Shown here one piece after another: positions 51,990 through 64,000 of a stretch of 64,000 bases of DNA. Source of the stretch: Octopus sinensis (Eukaryota); assembly GCF_006345805.1 (NCBI RefSeq), contig NC_043000.1, forward strand, positions 24,242,001 to 24,306,000, in the 5' to 3' direction. A program made the translations under genes and the position numbers. Within the stretch, counting starts at the first letter, position 1. Every line of letters starts with the position of its first letter. A model generated the notes under the pieces. It was not told the origin of the DNA. It was given only the letters and a program-made list of their open reading frames with translations, and made no database searches.

Positions 51990-53773
51990 TTAATACTACA
52001 TTAATTAATGCAGTTTTCGATGCCACCCTTTTTAAGATAACAGGGTGTGACAGAAAAGAAATTTAGCTGCTGTTTCTAGCAGATCGAGTAACACTGTAGA
52101 GAGTCCTTCATCAGTGTAAAGTCGTCATCATTATAGTGATTTTAAATAATTGATTAAAGGTAGAGCACTTACATAGCTGCACCGCTGTTGTCCCTATAAT
52201 CATCATTCAATTTCTTTAAAAATTATTCTGGCAAAAGAATATTCTTGCTAATTGGCTGAGGTAACTATAGACAACAATTTTGTTACATTTAGTAAATATA
52301 AAATAGAAAAGAAAGGAAAATAAAATATAAAAAATGATTAAAACCAGCTATAGTTTTTCTTACCTGACTGAAATGGGGTGCCACTTATAACAATAATCAT
52401 AAATGCTTATTTAATGATTTTTCTTTTGTAATTAAAATATTTAAATTAACTTTTTTTGTTTTGTTTTTGTTTGTTTTGGTTGATTAGAATCAAGCATTAA
52501 TTCTGCTTTGATAGAAAAAGTAAGTAATGAAATGTTCACTGTTTTACTATAAACACCGCATAGCAACTACTTTTGAAGTAGATATAAGTTAATGTTGTGC
52601 AGGCAGCCAGCAACTTAGAAGAAAAAAAAAATAAGAAGAAAGGACACCCACCCATACTTCCCCACCCATATATCAGTTGACAAAAAAAAAAAGAAAGAAA
52701 GAAAGAAATCAGTTGACAAATAAAGATCATGAAAGCAAAGTGGGTGGGTTTATGGATATGAGTGAGTAGGGGAGCTGTAAGTATTTAGTGTTGAAAATAA
52801 TTGAAGCTAGTTTAGGTATTTATGAGGAGAGTGAGGTAACCTGTCCTGTCCTAGATATATATATAAGACAACAATAAATTGAAATGCCAGGGAAGCAAGG
52901 CACACTACACACACACAAGCACATGGGAACAAACAGAATAATTTAATACAAACAAATAATCGGTCACTAATATACAAACATACAGTACTCCTTATACCAT
53001 ACTTGTACAATAATGTGGATACTCTAATAAGGATAAAAACAAATGTGTGAAGTAATTAAAATAAAATCCTATATATTAAGTAATCATAATTATCAGTGTA
53101 ATTAATATATACATTTATTAAAAGCAATGAGTAATGTAAATAATTAACTATTTACTATAAAATAACATTAGTATTTGTATTTACAATACGACAATAGGTT
53201 GACCTTATTTTTATTATAGAAGCAAATATTGATAACGTGTGGAATTTAATTTCATTGTGTAAGGGCTATGCTTGTTTTATTTCGCCCTTGAATGCTATTT
53301 GTTGTAAGCTAGAACTGAAAAGGGGACAGATTGCTCTATTTTCTCTCTATCCACCTTATTGTATCTTGAAGGTTCACCCTGATGTCTCATCTTCACCTTT
53401 CTTCTTCTTTTCCTTTTAGGTTAGCCATATAACTCCTCTGCAGCAGGGAATTTATTTCTGTCCCTCTCTCTTACTGGCACGAATTACACCTGGCACAAAT
53501 TCACCTCCCTCAATACTGCAGCCCTACTCAGATAAAGGGTCTTGCCTAGTGAGTTACTTGGGGACCTCACTACTGCTGGTGCCATAAAAAAAAATGCACA
53601 CAGGACTTTATTCTGCAAAGTGGTTTGTGTTGTGAAGGTTATCAAGCCATAGAAATGTTGCCAAAGCAAGTATTGGAGACCAATGCGGACCTCAGACTAG
53701 TTTAATCCTGTCAAACCATTCAACCCATGCCAGCATAGAAAGCAGACACTAAATGACGAAACAAATTAATAAT

Positions 53774-54004
53774 AATTATTTCTACTCTAAGCACGAGGCC
53801 TTGAAATTGGAGGTGGGGGGGGGCAGAAGGGGGCTAGTCGATTACATCGACCCCAGTGCATAGCTGGTACTTACTTCATCAACCCTGAGAGGATGAAAGG
53901 CAAATTCAACCTTGGCGGAATTTGAATTCAGATCGCAGCAGCAGACGAAATAACCGCTAAGCATTCCATCCAGCATGCTAACGATTCTGCTAGCTTGCCG
54001 CCTT
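53774..54004 (-). mobile_element. Family-A SINE
   Basis: Same core; TSD GAAACAAATTAATAAT at 53758-53773 and 54007-54022. Confidence 0.83.
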
Positions 54005-54911
54005 ATGAAACAAATTAATAATATGAACTAAAACATGATAACCAGGTAGAGTTCCAGAAAGAGGTAGTTCATAGCATTATTGAAAGGCTTCGGAGATTGG
54101 TAGAAGATAGGGATGACGATCCTATGACACCTGAGTTATTGTCAGACAGGAAGCTTGCTCTGAATATTTGCAATTGAGTAGACTCTGCTAAAAGCTACCC
54201 AACATCCATGTGGTAGTGTTGAACCAATCAACAGATTAAGTTTCCCACCCAAGAACAGGTACAACCTATCCAGCAGGCTTCCATGCAGTTTCCACCGCCA
54301 AAAGCAAGGCTTGGGAGAACCAGAGTATATGGTAAAAGCCAATTGTCTAAGGTACCACATAGTGGAAATTAGATCCAGAATCATGAAATTATGACTTAAA
54401 TTCTTTATTATACTGCATGGTTAAGAAGTTCTGTTTGCAACCATGTGGATTTGGATTCAATCCCACAGCACAGCATCTTGAGCAAGTGTCTTCTACTATA
54501 ACTCCAGGCTGACTAATGCCTTGTGAGTGAATTTGGTAAATGGAGATGGTGTGGAAGCCCATCATATATGTGTGTGTGCATGAGTATGTGTGTGTGTGCA
54601 TGAGTATGTGTGTGTGTGTGTGTGTGTGTAGGTTTGTTAACATCCCTGTAAATTAGCAGTCTGGCAAAAGAGACCAATAGAACATATACTAGATTTAAAA
54701 AAATAATAACTGTGGTTGACTTATTTGGCCAAACCCTTGAAGAGTTAGCCAAATAAACCAACCAAACATGGCTGAGGTCCAATGACTGAAACAAGTAAAA
54801 GATAACTGTTCCCATCTTGACCACATTGCCATACCAGCACCCAGATGGAGAGATATGGTGAGGAACCCCCAGAAGAATAGAGGAATTGAAAGCAACAGCA
54901 AAATAATAATT

Positions 54912-55145
54912 ACCTATTTCTTTACTACTCACAAGGGGCTAAACACAGAGGGGACAAACAAGGACTGACAAATGGATTAAGTCGATTATATTAACCCCAG
55001 TGCTTAACTGGTACTTAATTTATTGACCCTGAAAGGATGAAAGGCAAAGTCAACCTCGGCGGAATTTGAACTCAGAACGTAGCGGCAGACGAAATACGGC
55101 TACGCATTTCGCCCAGCGTGCTAACGTTTCTGCCAGCTCGCCGCC
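54912..55145 (-). mobile_element. Family-A SINE, full length
   Basis: Nearly co-linear with the reverse complement of 25293-25523. Confidence 0.85.
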
Positions 55146-58073
55146 TGGAAAGGAATTTAAAATGTAAACATTTAAGTAATGAGTGAAACACTGCTAATTA
55201 GTTAGATTAAATATTGTTTGTTAAATTAAATATCATGTCAAAGATATGTGCAATGCTTTTTGAATGAATATATCGATAAGTATGTAAGGTTTGTTGATCA
55301 GTGGGTTATTATTAACGAGAGTAATTCCATATTTCTACATATCTTTATTCTGTGTCCTTTTAGTGAACTGATCTGTTTATCTAAGATTCTACGTGTGGCA
55401 AAGAAGAGATTGGATTTCATAACTGTAGTTGTACTAAGAAACTGAACAAAAACTGTGAAGCTTCAGTTTAGCTATGATAAACTAGAATCAATACCAGCTG
55501 AAAGGCACAGATATGAAAACAGTGGTGCATGCATCACAATCAGCCAAAACAAACATTTCTATACATCTCTACAATGTAACAGAAGCAGGTTGTTGGGGGA
55601 GATTCTAGATTAACCAAACACCTGAATTCCTCATTTGAAACCTGCCGTTAAGATTCATAAAGCAATTACAGTAATACACTTAGCACCATTTTCTTACTAG
55701 ATCCAAATACAATAATGTACCTTGTACCCTTAGATTTGTTGCCAAGATACTGAAAGGGGATAAGGTTGATTAGGTTGATGGCAGTGTATTAATGGTACTC
55801 ACACTAACACCCTGGTGGTGGAGTGGGGTATGAGGTGATAAGGCAGAGAGGTCAGTACCCTATACTTTATCTGCAAAACAAATGTCACTAGAAAACATGT
55901 GCATGCATACATGCGTACATAAATGGATACAAGCATGGCAAAGAAGTTTGTTTCATAATTACAAGGTCCTGGGTTTGATCCCACAACATGGTATTTGAGT
56001 AAATTGTATTTTGCATAACCAAGGTACTTGGTGACTCTGTCAATATAGTTGCCACTTAAAAAGCATCTAGTCCACACTGTAAAGTGGTTGGCATTTTGAA
56101 GGGCATCCAGCTGTAAAAACTTTGGCAAAACTGACTTTGCCTGTGCTCGTGCCACGTAAAAAGCATGAAGTCCACTCTGCTGATGAGGCTGACAATAAAG
56201 GTGTGTGTATATCTATATATAGGTATACAAAGTGATTATTAATGTCCGTTTTCTATGCTGGCATGTGTTGGACGGTTCGACTGAGGTCTGGAGAGCCAGT
56301 GGCTGCACCAGACTTCAATCTGATCTGGCAATGTTTCTATAGCTGGCAGCCCTTCCTAATGCCAACCACTCCGAGAGTGTAGTGGGTGCTTTTTACATGC
56401 CACTAGCATGGGAGCCAGTCAGGGGGTACTGGCATTGGCCACCTTCAAATGGTGCTTTTTACATGCCACCATCTGAATGTGTACATTATTTGACTGATCT
56501 CAAAGAAACAAGGAACCAATCCATTTATATTCACACCAAACGTAGCAGCTCTAGAGAATTGGGGTCACTAATTCACATTTTGTAAATGTTTAACACTGAG
56601 GGGGCTATCAATGGGGAACCTAGTCCACACAATATCAAGGTATAATAATAGACATACAAACATGCAAGTTTACCTATTTCTAAGAGAAAGATAAATACTA
56701 ACTTTCCTTTTAGAAAAACAGGAAGAAAACAGAAAAAAGGAAGAGAGATAGAGACAGGAAGGGAGGGGAAGCGATACTAGAGAAGTAGAGATCGACAAAG
56801 CAATAAAATCTTATGTGAGTAGGTGTCTCATACTTCAGAGAGTAAGTCTGTCTTGAGAATCATTTACCATCCTAGAAGTTGAAGTCAAGAGGTAGCAAAA
56901 ATCACTGAGCAATTTCAGTAGCAAAGTGTATGAATTTTCAAGCCATAACCATTTAGTTTCTAAGGTAAGAAGCTCCAGTATCTTTCAGGGTTTGATATTA
57001 ATTAGTGAAGTATATACAATCTGAAACTGGAGTAGTTTTGGTGAAAATTGATAACAGTCGGCAATTTTAAATAAGAAACCATGTGACTGTAAGCTGTTAG
57101 TTACTGAGCCTGGCTGAAGTGAAAGAACGTGAAGAGAAGGGGGCAAGGTAAGGGTTAGTGGAGATGAAAAACAAAAATAAGAAGACAAAAAAAAGGAGGG
57201 AAAGTGAAGTATTACGTAAGATAGGTAAGTAATATGACATATCAATATACGCTGCTGGTAAGAATCTGGTGCAGCAAATTAGGTCGAAGACTAGACTTGG
57301 GACTTAAGACGATTATCAAGGGATTAAGATGAAAAACACAAAAAGGGGTAATACTAAGGTTAAAGTAACATTGAACAGGGAGAGTAATTAGTTTCCTATT
57401 GCTGTAAGTAATGGAAATACTGTTGTTGATGTTTAACCCCAGATCACCCTGGCTGAGTACACCTATGAGCAAAAGCATTCTAGGTGTAACTTGTCAGACA
57501 CAGTATATCTAGGATTACATTATTTAATATGTTTTTATATATATATATAGATTCAGATGAATATGGTACTTAAGTTAAAGGCACCAAATAAGTATAAAAA
57601 TGTACATTGTCTTTTTAATTAAAAAAATTCTATATGTGGCTGAAGATTGCTCTACATTTTAAAACTGATGTAATGCTTACATTCTTTAATAAAATGAAGT
57701 AGCATGAAAGGATTGTACTACACTACCTTGGATATCCTTGTTGCTTTTTTTGATTATATATATATATATTAAAAATGGGGAAGGCTAGTTTATGTCCATA
57801 AAGGGTTTAGTTTTATGGCATATCATCAGATCCCAAAAACCTATTGGCCCATGACCCCTTAATATTTAATATAAACTGTTCTACATCTTAGAGTGATTCT
57901 TCTTTTGGATTTATGTTTTTTACAAATGATATATGTATGTTTTTTGAATAGTAAAGTGTGTTTTGAGAGAGATTTAACAGTTATTTCTAGTTGTCATAAA
58001 GGATTTCTTGTTGGTTCATTGCTATAAGATAGTCAAGTCTGAATGTAAAAGATACCAATATTACTTGTTTCGA

Positions 58074-58275
58074 AAGGTGGTAGAATTGTTAGCATGCCGG
58101 GCGTAATGCTTCACGGCATTTCATCCATCTTTATATTCTTGGTTCAAATTCCACCGAGGTTGAATTTGCCTTTCATCCTTTTGGGGTAGATAAAATAAGT
58201 ACCAGCTGAATACTGGGTCAGTGTAATTGACTTACCCCTCTACTAAAATGCCTGGCCTTGTGCCAAAATTTGAAA
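58074..58275 (+). mobile_element. Family-A SINE
   Basis: ggtggtagaattgttagcatgccgggcg...gttcaaattccaccgagg...gcctttcatcc. Confidence 0.75.
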
Positions 58276-58323
58276 CCATTACTGGGATTGGAATACTTCT
58301 TTGTTGATAGGATTTATCAATTT

Positions 58324-58572
58324 CAGGGCTGTGGAGTCAAAACAAAAAACTTTGACTCCGACTCCTCTACTATTGGCACCTCTGACTCTGACTCCTCTTT
58401 ATGTAATTAAGTGATTGTGGTCTACATATGCATATGTTTGTACTTTGAGTAGGCATCTATGTTATAACTGGTTTATATTAAAGAATAAAGATATTGTGAG
58501 TCGGAGTCTGTAAAAAGCTATACCGACTCCGACTCCAGCTATCCCTTAATTGTTTCCGACTTCACAACTCTG
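58324..58572. mobile_element. hAT-type MITE
   Basis: TIRs CAGGGCTGTGGAGTC and (reverse complement) CAGAGTTGTGAAGTC. Perfect 8-bp TSD ATCAATTT at 58316-58323 and 58573-58580. Subterminal GACTCC/GGAGTC repeats. Confidence 0.9.
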
Positions 58573-60235
58573 ATCAATTTTAATATTGATCTAACAGAAG
58601 ATTTACAATGATAGGTTTAATGTACAGCCTTTGGGGATTACCCCTCCGACCATCATACATTAAAGCAATAGATTATTATTTTATTAGGATAATGTTCTCA
58701 TTACATATGTCATCGAGTTAAATATTAGTTATACAGAATGATATTGGAGTGATTTAAATGTCCACATGAACTGATTTGTTAAGGAACATAAACACATATA
58801 GCATGACACATGCAAAGAGGAATAAATTATTGGACTATGAAAAAGAAGCAGAAGAGAAGTCTAACACTGTGAGCAGGAATATGGAGATGTTTACTGATGG
58901 CATATAACACAATTCCTTCAAAGTTATGAAGATGCAGCGAATACAGCAACTATTTTACACCACTGTGCATGACAAGTCTCCCACTTATTGTTTCTGGCAA
59001 GCACAAATGAAATATGTTTGTTTTTTCTTTATTGTGGTTATTTTCACAGGAGTGCGTCGCCTTACTGGCACTTGTGCTGGTGGCATGTGAAAAAACATTT
59101 GAGCGAAGTTGTTGCCAGTGCCGCTGGACTGGCTCCTGTGCAGGTGGCACATAAAAAGCACCATTTGAGTGTGGCCGTTGCCATTACCACCTGACTGGCC
59201 CTTGTGCCAATGGCATGTAAAAGCACCCACTAAACTCTCGGAGTGGTCGGCATTAGGAAGAGCATCCAGCTGTAGAAACTCTGCCAGATCAGATTGGAGT
59301 CTGGTACAGCCATCTGGTTTGCCAGACCTCTGTCAAATCGTCCAACCCATGCTAGCATGGAAAGTGGACGTTAAACGATGATGATGATGATAAATCAGTG
59401 ATGTGTGATTTAAAAAATTTTGTCAATGTAAAGCAGATATAGCTGTGCGGTTGAGATCCTTGTTTTGCAACAATGTCCCACTAAGCATCACCTTGGGCGA
59501 GCTGCCCAACTGCCTGTGAGTGTATTTGGTACAGGGACGTTGTGTGGAAACCTGTTACATATCATCATCGTCATCATTTAACGTCCACTTCCCATGCTGG
59601 CATGAGTTGGATGGTTTGACTGAGGACTGGCGAGCCAGATGGCTGTACCAGGTTCCGTATAACTATGTGTGAGTGTGTGTGTGTGTCTTTGTATGTATGT
59701 ATGCCCCATCACCACAACCATGTGACAACTGATGTTGGTTTGTTTATCTGATAATTTACTGGTTTGGCAATAGAATAAGTACAAAACTGATAGAATAAGT
59801 ACAAAACTGATAGAATAAGTTCAAAACTTGAAAAATAAAGTGCTGGGGGCAAGTTGTTTGACTAAAACCTTTCAAGGTAGTATCCCAGAATGGCTGAAAT
59901 CCAATAACTGAAACAAGATAAAGGAAAAAAAAGTATGCAATTTTTCCAGAAATTATCATTCCACCCATCTCCTCTTTCATAGCCATGAGATTGTCTAGGC
60001 CAATGGAATTCAGTTGGGTTGTCAGATAAATTTGTTTATTTCCATTTATTTTAATCCTTTACTATGTTATTTGAATTAACATGAAAAATATTACAGAGAT
60101 GTACTTGCATAGCAAGTGACCTGATCTGAGATCGTGTGCTGGAATGAAAACAATTGCAGCATGGAAGGTGTTTATAAGCCATTTAAGAAACACACAAAAA
60201 CCGTTTGATTCACTTCAACTATTTAAATTCAATTA

Positions 60236-60281
60236 GTCAAAATATTTTCGTCGCTTTGAGATCGCGACCTGTTTATTGACA
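60236..60281 (-). ncRNA. Hammerhead-like motif of the C8 family (stems intact, core A3/A5)
   Basis: GUCA-AUAAACA-G-GUCGC(GAUCUCAAA)GCGAC-GAA-AA(UA)UU-U|UGAC; stems I, II and III all pair. Confidence 0.55.
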
Positions 60282-60491
60282 AAATTCCGTGCTATTATTG
60301 AAATATGTTTTATGGGTTTTTTGTAACTCCATTCTTCCTGTACAAATTTTGTGTATTGTTTTTGAAATTTGAATAAATATTTCTTTTCAGAATTATGATG
60401 ATGGGAGTGCCATGTAGAAAAAATAAATGGAAGAATTTATCTGACAACCCAATAACTGAGAAGACATCATTACTTGTTCATAACCTTTTCT

Positions 60492-60675
60492 GGCGTAACT
60501 TCGGTATAGGTACCGGAAGTACCGGATACATTTCAAGAAAGTGTTTTTTTATATATATGGGGAGGGGATAGGGTTTGTGTTAGGGTTAGGGGTGGGAGAA
60601 AAGGGTTTCTGTTATCTTCAGAAATGTAAACAAAGCCACTTCCGGTACTTACGGTACCTATACCAAAGGATCGCC
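60492..60675. mobile_element. MITE with GG-terminal TIRs and 8-bp TSD (Merlin-like)
   Basis: Arms of about 35 bp: GGCGTAACTTCGGTATAGGTACCGGAAGTACCGGA and (reverse complement) GGCGATCCTTTGGTATAGGTACCGTAAGTACCGGA. TSD CCTTTTCT at 60484-60491 and 60676-60683. Confidence 0.8.
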
Positions 60676-60754
60676 CCTTTTCTTGTTTAAAAAAAAATGC
60701 TGGTGGAATAACATAAATCCAGTGGTGAAAAGAAGAAAAGTAGGGGGTTTCTAC

Positions 60755-60962
60755 CTGTAACTGATATCGAAGTGGTGAGTAGCCTTCGACGGACACGTAA
60801 TGAGACTCGGCCATTGAGGGCTGCACAGCCCATCAGCTGTACCACTCTGTGATGGGAAGCATTCAGAACGCAGTGGCTGTCCACATAGATAATTTCATCA
60901 CCAGTACGAAGTCGACCATCCAGATCAGCTGCACCACTAGGAACAATATGGCCGACAGATAC
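60755..60962 (-). CDS. MAGI: MAGI exon A (first in window): C-terminal half of PDZ3
   Basis: Acceptor ctttccag|GTATCT and donor ACAG|gtagaa; 208 nt, phase 0 to 1. Translates VSVGHIVPSGAADLDGRLRTGDEIIYVDSHCVLNASHHRVVQLMGCAALNGRVSLRVRRRLLTTSISVT, matching the MAGI PDZ3 pattern GHIVP.GAAD.DGRL..GDE...VD......SH..VVQLM..AA..G.V.L.VRR. Confidence 0.93.
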
Positions 60963-61019
60963 CTGGAAAGGGGGAAAAAATCAGGAAATAAAGAACGATG
61001 CATTTCAAAGATTGTTAGC

Positions 61020-61021
<2 letters not shown>

Positions 61022-61062
<41 letters not shown>

Positions 61063-61480
61063 TTAATTCGTTTTATTGGCCACAAGGGCTGACAAAAATC
61101 AATTAAAAACAAGTAGGGACAAAACAGGGTGAAAGGTTACAAAGGGTTTTGTCCGTTTGGAAAAAGTCTGTGTACAAAAGCAGAAAAACAACGAAAATAC
61201 TTAACAATGAAAAACTCCCAAAAGGGGGAGGCGCTTCAAAAGGTTCCTTGTGGAAAAACCCATAAAAGCCACAGGAGCCTGGTCAAAAGAGAGCCCCTTT
61301 CTCCTTTTATATTACCTATTAATTCTCACAGGTGTATCCTCAGAATTGGTCCGTTCATACTGGCCATTCTTGCGACATTCACCCACCTTCCAATAAACTT
61401 GCTACCAGACAGCACTTACCTCTCTACTCTCATCTTCCTTTGCAAGTGAAACTTGAAAAAGTTGATGAGGCCTTAAGGCT
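61022..61480 (-). mobile_element. L1/Tx1-like LINE 3' end
   Basis: Translates GLINFFKFHLQRKMRVER*VLSGSKFIGRWVNVARMASMNGPILRIHL* (61472-61326), followed by a 3' UTR, AATAAA and an (ATT)n tail. Confidence 0.65.
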
Positions 61481-61952
61481 ATAATAATATCAAAAAATAA
61501 TATTGACCAAAAAAATCCATGTTTGAGATATCATTGCAGGAACATATTCAAAATGAGAAAATTTGAGCATGAGGTGAATAGGTTCATGGAATATTAAAAG
61601 CACAAGTTCCACTGGAATGGTCATGACAAAAGGCTTACGTACAACAAGTGGACCTGTGCATTTGTCAAGTGATATCTGTAAGATTGGAAGAGACCACTCA
61701 CAAAACATCCATGAGGATACGAAGATGAGAGTCAAAAAATTCAAACCAAAACGAAGAGAGAAACGGCATTATCAAGAGAAGAATGGAAGTGCACTGTGAG
61801 CAGCAAGTGATGTATAAGGACATGTGATAGTCGGGTCGATAGAGCAATAGAATGATATGAACACAGTATCTAGACAAACATGCAGGTACATGACAACTCT
61901 AGGTGTACATAAGTACAAGTTACTCAAACAGGTACAGCATGACCAGATAAAT

Positions 61953-62359
61953 ATCTATTTCTTTACTACCCATAAGGGGCTAAACACAGAGGGGACAAAC
62001 AAGGACAGACAAACGGATTAAGTCAATTAGATTGACCCCAGTGCATAACTGGTAGTTAATTTATCGACCCCTAAAGGATGAAAGGCAAAGTGGACCTCGG
62101 CGGAATTTGAACTCAGAACGTAGCGGCAGACGAAATACCTATTTCTTTACTACCCACAAGGGGCTAAACATAGGGGACAAACAAGGACAGACAAATGGAT
62201 TAAGTCAATTAGATTGACCCCAGTGCCTAACTGGTACTTAATTTATCGACCCCTAAAGGATGAAAGGCAAAGTCGACCTCGGCGGAATTTGAACTCAGAA
62301 CGTAACGGCAGATGAAATACCACTAAGCACTTCGCCCAGCGTGCTAACGATTCTGCCAG
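61953..62359 (-). mobile_element. Tandem dimer of family-A SINE
   Basis: Two co-linear units joined at CGAAATAC|CTATTTC (about 62137). Confidence 0.85.
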
Positions 62360-62884
62360 TTTAATACCAAAGTGCATGATATGTATAGTCTGTTAAGTAC
62401 ATAACTTTCAGACCATAGGTGAGGATTCTGATCTTAAGGCCACATGTGGCTTCCTGAAAGTACTACATCATCATAATTTAACATCATTTTCCATGATGGT
62501 AGGGGTTGGATAGTTTGACAGTAGCTGGCAAACCAGAGGACTGCATCAATCTCCACTGTCTGTTGTTTTGGTGTGGATCTTTATGGCTGGATGCCCTTCT
62601 TAAGACCAACCACTTTACAGATTGTACTGGTTTCTCTTTACATGGTACCAGCACCAATTCTTTTTACGTGAACCAAGCACAGGCACTGTTTACATGGCAC
62701 CAGTACCAACAGGGTCACCAAATAACTTGCAAGATGAAGATCCCCTCATCTGGAAAGAGGCAGGAGTAGAGAGAGTGGGAGGCTTTGTACCAGTTGATGA
62801 GAGATTACATCATGACAAGGAGAGATGTCTTGTAGAACATTTGAGAAAAAACCATTACACCAGAATATGTTTTCGTTGACTTAA

Positions 62885-63048
62885 CCCTTTCGTTACCAAC
62901 CAGGCTGAAACCACCAAACCTTAGTCACAATTTATGTTCCTAACACTAGCTTAATGATAACAAAGTTATTTTACTAAATTCTTTGTTGTATTTAAAATTA
63001 ATTGAAAGAAATACAGAACATCTCAACAGAAATATGGTAACAAAAGGG
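62885..63048. mobile_element. Internally deleted copy of the piggyBac-type MITE
   Basis: TTAA|CCCTTTCGTTACC...GGTAACAAAAGGG|TTAA. It lacks the segment between gctgaaac and caccaaacc that is present in the other copies. Confidence 0.85.
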
Positions 63049-63541
63049 TTAATTTTACTTAAATCCTATCTTTTCAATGAATTGCATATTTTAAAGACAA
63101 TTATCAATATTTCTTCATCTACATTTGAAGCGATATATTTAATCCTTCTAATATCAACCTATCTTAGACCATCCCTGGTTCTACAATAGAAACTTCCTAT
63201 TTTAAAGCAATCGAAAATAATATTTTCCATCAAGATTTCATGTTAATTTATGTTCCAAAAACCAGATTAATATTGATAAAGTTATTCTACTAAATTCTGC
63301 CTTAGTTTCAAAGCTAAGTAATTAAAACCAACAGGAAAGTAAATAACAAAAGGATTAAAGAGTTTAGAACCAAAACTTTGAAGTCACTGTCAACCTTTTT
63401 CTTGTAAACATTAATAAATATGTACTCTTTTCAAAAGTACCGAGCAATCTTTCAGTTTAATGAACTGTCATAAAACTAGACAGGCAATTGTGTGCGTGTG
63501 TGTGTATAGCATGGAAAACAGACTCATGATGGTGATGATGA

Positions 63542-63576
<35 letters not shown>

Positions 63577-63773
63577 TTAGAGATAGTAGGCCCCTACATC
63601 TCACTATATAAAAAAGAATTTTTATTTTAAATTTAAATACCTACTATTTTATTACTTGGCAACACATGTTTCATGAGGTACATCCTCAGGTTCCTAAACC
63701 ACTATATATATATATGTACATATATATATATAGTATATATATATATGCTTTATACACTATATATATACATATA

Positions 63774-63816
<43 letters not shown>

Positions 63817-64000
63817 GTGTGTGTGTGTGTGTATATGTATATATTCAATTGTAGTTGTGATCCCCATGCCGGTGGAACATAAAATGTACCATCTGAACGA
63901 GACCAATGCCAGTGTCACCTTGACTGTCTTCCGCGCTGGTGGCACATAAAAAGCACCAACTGATCGTTGTCATTGCCAGCCTCCTCTGGCCCCTGTGCTG

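Noticed and set aside
59768-59830. Three 20-bp direct repeats as a CRISPR-like array
   Set aside because: The units are adjacent with no spacers; this is a tandem duplication inside a SINE in a eukaryotic genome.
60963-64000. Upstream MAGI exon (first half of PDZ3, GFGFRI motif)
   Set aside because: Not found here; the region is repeats, so that exon must lie beyond the window.

Overview
AT-rich, microsatellite- and retroelement-dense eukaryotic DNA. The SINE/LINE repertoire suggests an octopus (inference from repeat content). The window holds the 3' part of one gene on the minus strand: a MAGI-family scaffold (membrane-associated guanylate kinase with WW and PDZ domains). Nine exons (60962-60755, 47536-47408, 39965-39798, 29803-29769, 28902-28796, 27656-27587, 12783-12622, 8477-8339, 5946-5783) join with GT-AG boundaries and consistent phases into one open frame. 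That frame encodes the second half of PDZ3, PDZ4, a linker, PDZ5 and a short tail; the upstream exons lie beyond the window. A probable cassette exon sits at 38443-38336/38381, and a long repeat-poor putative 3' UTR lies below 5783. The introns contain RTE, CR1/L2, Tx1/L1-like and Hero-like LINE fragments, several tRNA-derived SINE families, hAT, Merlin-like, piggyBac-like and Tc2-like MITEs, and a full-length but decayed Tc1/mariner element with DD36E (Incomer-type) spacing. The most unusual observations are: (i) five hammerhead-ribozyme-like motifs from three repeat families, all sense to the MAGI pre-mRNA, including a three-copy family whose core carries the compensatory G3-C8 swap; (ii) a second open frame across the last exon that alternative splicing could reach in phase; (iii) several long intronic fold-backs near exons, which are candidate ADAR substrates. 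All alignments and translations were done by eye; no searches or folding programs were run.
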